Below are positions 35,849 to 39,497 of a stretch of 39,497 bases of DNA, in pieces. Made by a program: the position numbers and the translations under genes. Where the stretch lies: the IMG/VR virus record IMGVR_UViG_2778261536_000006; one strand, given 5' to 3'. The DNA is from a virus (Duplodnaviria; Heunggongvirae; Uroviricota; Caudoviricetes). The notes beneath the pieces were generated by a model. The model did not search any database and was not told the DNA's origin. It saw only the letters and a list, made by a program, of their open reading frames with translations. How positions within the stretch are numbered: position 1 is the first letter of the stretch; every line of letters begins with the position of its first letter.

Positions 35849-35875
35849 CTTCTCCTGTTTTTACAACAGGAGAAG
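35849..35875 (+). promoter_or_regulatory. Perfect 11-bp stem hairpin overlapping the invertase Shine-Dalgarno
   Basis: CTTCTCCTGTT (35849-35859), loop TTTAC, AACAGGAGAAG (35865-35875); the AGGAG at 35868-35872 lies in the right arm, 8 nt before the ATG. Confidence 0.35.
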
Positions 35876-35880
35876 CACTC

Positions 35881-36444
35881 ATGATTTACGGGTATGTTCG
35901 TGTATCAACAAATCATCAGGATACAGAGTTGCAACGTCTTGCACTTGAGTCAGCTGGCTGTGAGCGAATTTATGAAGAATATGCCAGTGGCAGAACAGCT
36001 AATCGCCCTGTGTTAAAGGAATTAATTACGGTGATGAAAAGTGGAGATGAGTTGATTGTCTGGAAGTTAGATCGGATAGGGAGAAATGTGCTGCATGCGC
36101 TATTGATGTTTCAAAATCTGCACGAAAAAGGTGTTAATTTTCGGAGTATTACAGATGGCGTAGACCTGAAAACAGCAAGTGGTCGCTATAATTTCCGTAA
36201 TATTCTTTCTGCTGCGCAGTATGAATCTGATTTGAATAGCGAGCGAACTTTAGCTGGTTTGGCTATTGCCAGATCCAAAGGCCGGATTGGTGGGCGTAGA
36301 CCGAAGTTTAGCGACGAGCAGTGGCAACAGATGGGAGCGCTCATAGCGGCAGGGAAATCACGGCGTTATGTTGCACGTATCTATAACGTTGGGCTATCAA
36401 CCCTATATAAACGATTTCCTGTTACTGGCATTCAAACGAAATAA
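35881..36444 (+). CDS. Serine DNA invertase (Gin/Pin/Hin/Cin family)
   Basis: 187 aa; N-terminal YGYVRVST with catalytic Ser, resolvase core, C-terminal HTH; adjacent to the invertible fibre segment. Confidence 0.85.
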   Translation: MIYGYVRVSTNHQDTELQRLALESAGCERIYEEYASGRTANRPVLKELITVMKSGDELIVWKLDRIGRNVLHALLMFQNLHEKGVNFRSITDGVDLKTASGRYNFRNILSAAQYESDLNSERTLAGLAIARSKGRIGGRRPKFSDEQWQQMGALIAAGKSRRYVARIYNVGLSTLYKRFPVTGIQTK

Positions 36445-36587
36445 TTTAAAAGCAATTTAAAGAGTTATTTGTCTAATGTTGGAAGCCGCAGCCACGTCGT
36501 ATGCAAGAACGTGCTGCGGCTGGCTGGCGAACTTTCGATAGTGCGAGTATTGAATGATTTCCAGCCGTTACCGATTTTACGTGTTAA

Positions 36588-36836
36588 TTAGTGAACAAAC
36601 CACTCGTCAGCAGATTCCCAGGTATCTTTCAGAGTCTCCTGAACAAAAGTTTTTGCAGAATCCTTATCTGCGGTGCGTGTAACAGAAAGGCCATCGTTGC
36701 TGGTGGCTTTTACGATCACCTCTACATCGTCATAACGTTTACTGATGCGTCGGGTTAATTCTTCCTTTAACGCATCCACAGCACCGGTTGGCATTTTAGT
36801 CATTTTTTCTTTGGCTATGCAGATTTCAATACGCAT
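36588..36836 (-). CDS. DinI-family protein
   Basis: 82 aa starting [11 protein letters not shown] with C-terminal [16 protein letters not shown], closely resembling DinI; two SOS boxes upstream. Confidence 0.75.
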   Translation of the reverse strand: MRIEICIAKEKMTKMPTGAVDALKEELTRRISKRYDDVEVIVKATSNDGLSVTRTADKDSAKTFVQETLKDTWESADEWFVH

Positions 36837-36849
36837 AAAAGTCCCTCTA

Positions 36850-36901
36850 TACTGTGTTTGTATACAGTATTATTTTTAACTGTATAGATAAACAGTGTCA
36901 A
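36850..36901 (-). promoter_or_regulatory. Tandem LexA (SOS) boxes overlapping a promoter for the DinI-like gene
   Basis: TACTGTGTTTGTATACAGTA (36850-36869) and AACTGTATAGATAAACAGTG (36878-36897), both CTGT-N8-ACAG; minus-strand TTGACA at 36896-36901 with an A/T-rich -10 about 17 bp downstream. Confidence 0.7.
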
Positions 36902-37995
36902 GAGGCCTTATTTCTGCTCCTTTGGAGCTCTTCAAAACGATTATGTAAAGATTTCGGATACAGTTCGGTATATACCTGCCATAGCACGTTTAATGAACGA
37001 TGCCCTGTAACCTGGGCGACTTCCTCAATACTAAAACCAGCCTCAAATAAGCGACTTGCCCCTTCTCTACGCAAATCATGGTATCGCAGATCTTTAATAC
37101 CTAATTTGCTTCTTACCCTCTGGAATCCCGCAGTAACAGAAGTGCTGTTATATGGAAAAATGAATTCTGATTTTTTGGGTTGTCGTTGGACGATATCCCA
37201 GGCTTCCCCAAGCAAGGCTACTTTCATATGGTTGCCTTCCTTTTTACGTGGATCTTTCCTGTCTCTTACGAGTATGGATTTTTGTTCCTGATCGAGATCC
37301 TCCCATCGTAATCGGCATACTTCACCGATTCGCATACATGACCACACAGAAAATTTGAGGATATCAACGAACGGAATTTTTGAGCATTTATGTGTAGATC
37401 GTTGTTGAAGACCTTCAATGAGCATGTCCAGTTCATCAGATGCCGGTCTACGATTACGACGATTTGATTTACCAATTAAACCAAGTTTAAGTAGATATGG
37501 ACGAGCGGCTTTTGCTGGGTTTGATGTGTAATTAATTCCATATACAGGTTTGGCAGCATCCAGAACACTGCCAAGATAACTAACATCGTGGCTAACTGTA
37601 GCTGGACCTGCACCAGCGTTGTTTCTTAGCCTGCAATGTTCAATTACGTCATTTTCTGTCAGTTCAGATAGTTTGATCGCGGAGATGTCACTATCCATAA
37701 GCAGTTCCAGCACATATCTTTTAGTACGGCCTGCTTTACCTCCGGCATTTGGGTCATTTAAATATTTGTGTAGTAAGTCACGGACTGTAAGTCCGTCAAC
37801 TGCATTTGATGATGGAATGCCATATAGATCTAATTCCATCACTTTCTGTGTGCCCCATGTTTTGGCATGAGCATGTTTAGGGAATGTTTTACTTTCCCTG
37901 TAAGTGATAACACCTTTTTCTTTGATAATCACATTACAGCGATAGCGTGGTGTGCCATCGGATTTTAGTCGTTTCTCTATGTTATAGTACGCCAT
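36898..37995 (-). CDS. Tyrosine integrase (DusA-associated type)
   Basis: 365 aa with C-terminal tyrosine-recombinase motifs; start is 88 bp from the dusA start codon, transcribed divergently. Confidence 0.85.
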   Translation of the reverse strand: MAYYNIEKRLKSDGTPRYRCNVIIKEKGVITYRESKTFPKHAHAKTWGTQKVMELDLYGIPSSNAVDGLTVRDLLHKYLNDPNAGGKAGRTKRYVLELLMDSDISAIKLSELTENDVIEHCRLRNNAGAGPATVSHDVSYLGSVLDAAKPVYGINYTSNPAKAARPYLLKLGLIGKSNRRNRRPASDELDMLIEGLQQRSTHKCSKIPFVDILKFSVWSCMRIGEVCRLRWEDLDQEQKSILVRDRKDPRKKEGNHMKVALLGEAWDIVQRQPKKSEFIFPYNSTSVTAGFQRVRSKLGIKDLRYHDLRREGASRLFEAGFSIEEVAQVTGHRSLNVLWQVYTELYPKSLHNRFEELQRSRNKAS

Positions 37996-38013
37996 TACAC
38001 GACCTCGTTATTT

Positions 38014-38051
38014 CGGGTTCCCATAAAACGTGGGAACCTGTGCGGGAACCT
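38014..38051. promoter_or_regulatory. GGGAACC repeat cluster between integrase and dusA (possible arm-type/regulatory sites)
   Basis: GGGTTCCC (38016-38022, inverted) plus two direct GGGAACC copies (38032-38038, 38044-38050) in the int 5' region / attR zone. Confidence 0.35.
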
Positions 38052-38083
38052 AACGCGAGAAAAATAGCCTGAAATGTTCAAAA

Positions 38084-39121
38084 ATGCACGATAATCATGA
38101 AACACAAAAAATTAATCAAACCAGCGTGATGCCTGAAAAAACTGGTGTTTACTGGAATTCTCGGTTTAGCATTGCTCCTATGCTCGACTGGACGGACAGA
38201 CATTGCCGCTATTTCTTGCGTCTGCTTTCCCGCAATACGCTGCTGTATACCGAAATGGTGACCACAGGGGCGATTATTCACGGTAAAGGTGATTACCTGG
38301 CGTACAGTGAAGAAGAACATCCGGTAGCGTTGCAACTCGGCGGTAGCGATCCGGCGGCGCTGGCGCAGTGTGCGAAGCTGGCAGAAGCGCGCGGATATGA
38401 TGAGATCAACCTGAATGTCGGCTGCCCGTCTGACCGGGTGCAGAACGGCATGTTTGGTGCGTGTCTGATGGGTAATGCGCAGCTGGTTGCCGACTGCGTG
38501 AAAGCGATGCGCGATGTGGTGTCGATTCCGGTGACGGTGAAAACGCGTATTGGCATCGATGACCAGGACAGCTATGAATTTCTCTGCAATTTCATCAACA
38601 CCGTTTCCGGCAAAGGCGAGTGTGAGATGTTCATCATCCACGCACGTAAAGCCTGGCTTTCGGGGTTAAGTCCGAAAGAAAACCGTGAGATCCCGCCGCT
38701 CGATTATCCGCGTGTGTATCAACTGAAGCGTGACTTTCCGCATCTGACAATGTCGATTAACGGTGGTATCAAGTCGCTGGAAGAGGCCAAAGCACACCTG
38801 CAACATATGGATGGCGTGATGGTCGGGCGCGAGGCGTATCAGAATCCGGGTATTCTGGCGGCGGTAGACCGGGAGATCTTTGGTTCCTCGGATATCGATG
38901 CCGATCCGGTGGCGGTAGTGCGCGCCATGTATCCGTACATTGAGCGTGAACTCAGCCAGGGGACGTATCTCGGTCATATTACCCGGCATATGTTGGGCTT
39001 GTTCCAGGGTATTCCTGGCGCGCGGCAGTGGCGGCGTTATTTAAGTGAAAATGCCCATAAAGCGGGTGCAGACATTAATGTGCTGGAACACGCGCTCAAA
39101 CTGGTGGCGGATAAGCGTTAA
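38084..39121 (+). CDS. dusA: tRNA-dihydrouridine synthase A
   Basis: 345 aa, highly recognisable DusA sequence ([16 protein letters not shown]...[10 protein letters not shown]...), followed by pspG as in E. coli. Confidence 0.9.
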   Translation: MHDNHETQKINQTSVMPEKTGVYWNSRFSIAPMLDWTDRHCRYFLRLLSRNTLLYTEMVTTGAIIHGKGDYLAYSEEEHPVALQLGGSDPAALAQCAKLAEARGYDEINLNVGCPSDRVQNGMFGACLMGNAQLVADCVKAMRDVVSIPVTVKTRIGIDDQDSYEFLCNFINTVSGKGECEMFIIHARKAWLSGLSPKENREIPPLDYPRVYQLKRDFPHLTMSINGGIKSLEEAKAHLQHMDGVMVGREAYQNPGILAAVDREIFGSSDIDADPVAVVRAMYPYIERELSQGTYLGHITRHMLGLFQGIPGARQWRRYLSENAHKAGADINVLEHALKLVADKR

Positions 39122-39151
39122 CTTTTCACCAAAAAATAGTCAAATTCACCA

Positions 39152-39180
39152 CGCCCTGCGCACCGTCGCGGGGCGTTTTG
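39152..39180 (+). terminator. Putative terminator after dusA
   Basis: CGCCCTGCG ... CGCGGGGCG imperfect stem followed by TTTT. Confidence 0.4.
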
Positions 39181-39203
39181 CTGTTAAATCAATAGATTAT
39201 TTT

Positions 39204-39218
39204 TGGCATGATTCTTGT
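39204..39218 (+). promoter_or_regulatory. Sigma-54-type promoter for pspG
   Basis: TGGCAT-N5-TTGT, matching the -24/-12 GG/GC spacing with one mismatch, about 37 nt upstream of the pspG ATG. Confidence 0.4.
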
Positions 39219-39254
39219 AATGCCAGCAAGAGATTTCATATTTGGGAGTGCATC

Positions 39255-39497
39255 ATGCTGGAACTACTTTTTGTGATTGGCTTTTTTGTCATGCTGATGG
39301 TCACCGGCGTTTCGTTGCTGGGCATTATCGCCGCGCTGGTTGTGGCGACGGCCATTATGTTCCTCGGCGGTATGCTGGCATTGATGATTAAGTTGCTGCC
39401 GTGGTTACTACTGGCGATTGCGGTGGTGTGGGTTATTAAGGCGATTAAAGCACCAAAAGTGCCGAAATATCAGCGTTATGACCGCTGGCGTTACTAA
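39255..39497 (+). CDS. pspG: Phage shock protein G
   Basis: 80 aa, MLELLFVIGFFVMLMVTG...KYQRYDRWRY, matches PspG as I recall it; ATG 39255 with GGGAG upstream (track ORF from 39045 is an upstream extension). Confidence 0.85.
   Translation: MLELLFVIGFFVMLMVTGVSLLGIIAALVVATAIMFLGGMLALMIKLLPWLLLAIAVVWVIKAIKAPKVPKYQRYDRWRY

Larger units (their letters stand above)
1..38083. mobile_element. Temperate prophage (left end outside window), mosaic lambdoid / HK97-like head / Mu-like tail, integrated next to dusA
   Basis: Contiguous phage gene order from early operon through repressor, replication, Q, lysis, head, tail, invertase to an integrase directly abutting dusA; right boundary is inferred, not mapped. 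Confidence 0.8.

Noticed and set aside
39045-39254. N-terminal extension of pspG (track ORF 39045-39497)
   Set aside because: The extension overlaps the dusA 3' end and terminator, lacks a ribosome-binding site, and the PspG sequence begins at ATG 39255, which has a good Shine-Dalgarno.
1-39497. CRISPR arrays, rRNA/tRNA genes, IS elements or transposases
   Set aside because: No spacer-repeat periodicity, no tRNA-like structures found by eye, and no transposase-like ORF; the only recombinases are the tyrosine integrase and the serine invertase.

Overview
The window is almost entirely one temperate prophage (about 1-38083) whose right end abuts the host genes dusA (38084-39121) and pspG (39255-39497); the left prophage end (attL) is not in the window. 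The prophage is a mosaic: a lambdoid regulatory core (leftward early operon 1250-4951, CI repressor 5217-5909, Cro-like 6007-6267, replication initiator with internal iterons, RusA, Q-like antiterminator, holin/endolysin/spanins), an HK97-like head module (HNH, TerS, TerL, portal, protease, major capsid, 15643-23105) and a Mu-like contractile tail (sheath to tail fibre, 23825-35023) ending in an invertible tail-fibre segment with a Gin/Pin-type serine invertase (35881-36444). A SOS-box-controlled DinI-like gene and a tyrosine integrase sit at the right junction. Accessory cargo worth attention: a Panacea-domain antitoxin-like gene overlapping an unrecognised partner (1-989), a GC-rich hairpin-dense non-coding island (about 3862-4260), two orphan DNA methyltransferases, a LexA DNA-binding-domain-only protein, a ClpX zinc-finger-like small protein, and an AT-rich secreted-protein moron inside the tail module (28048-28536). 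All calls come from reading the sequence and ORF translations by eye; no database search was run, so family names are recognition-based and fine motif coordinates may be off by 1-2 bp.
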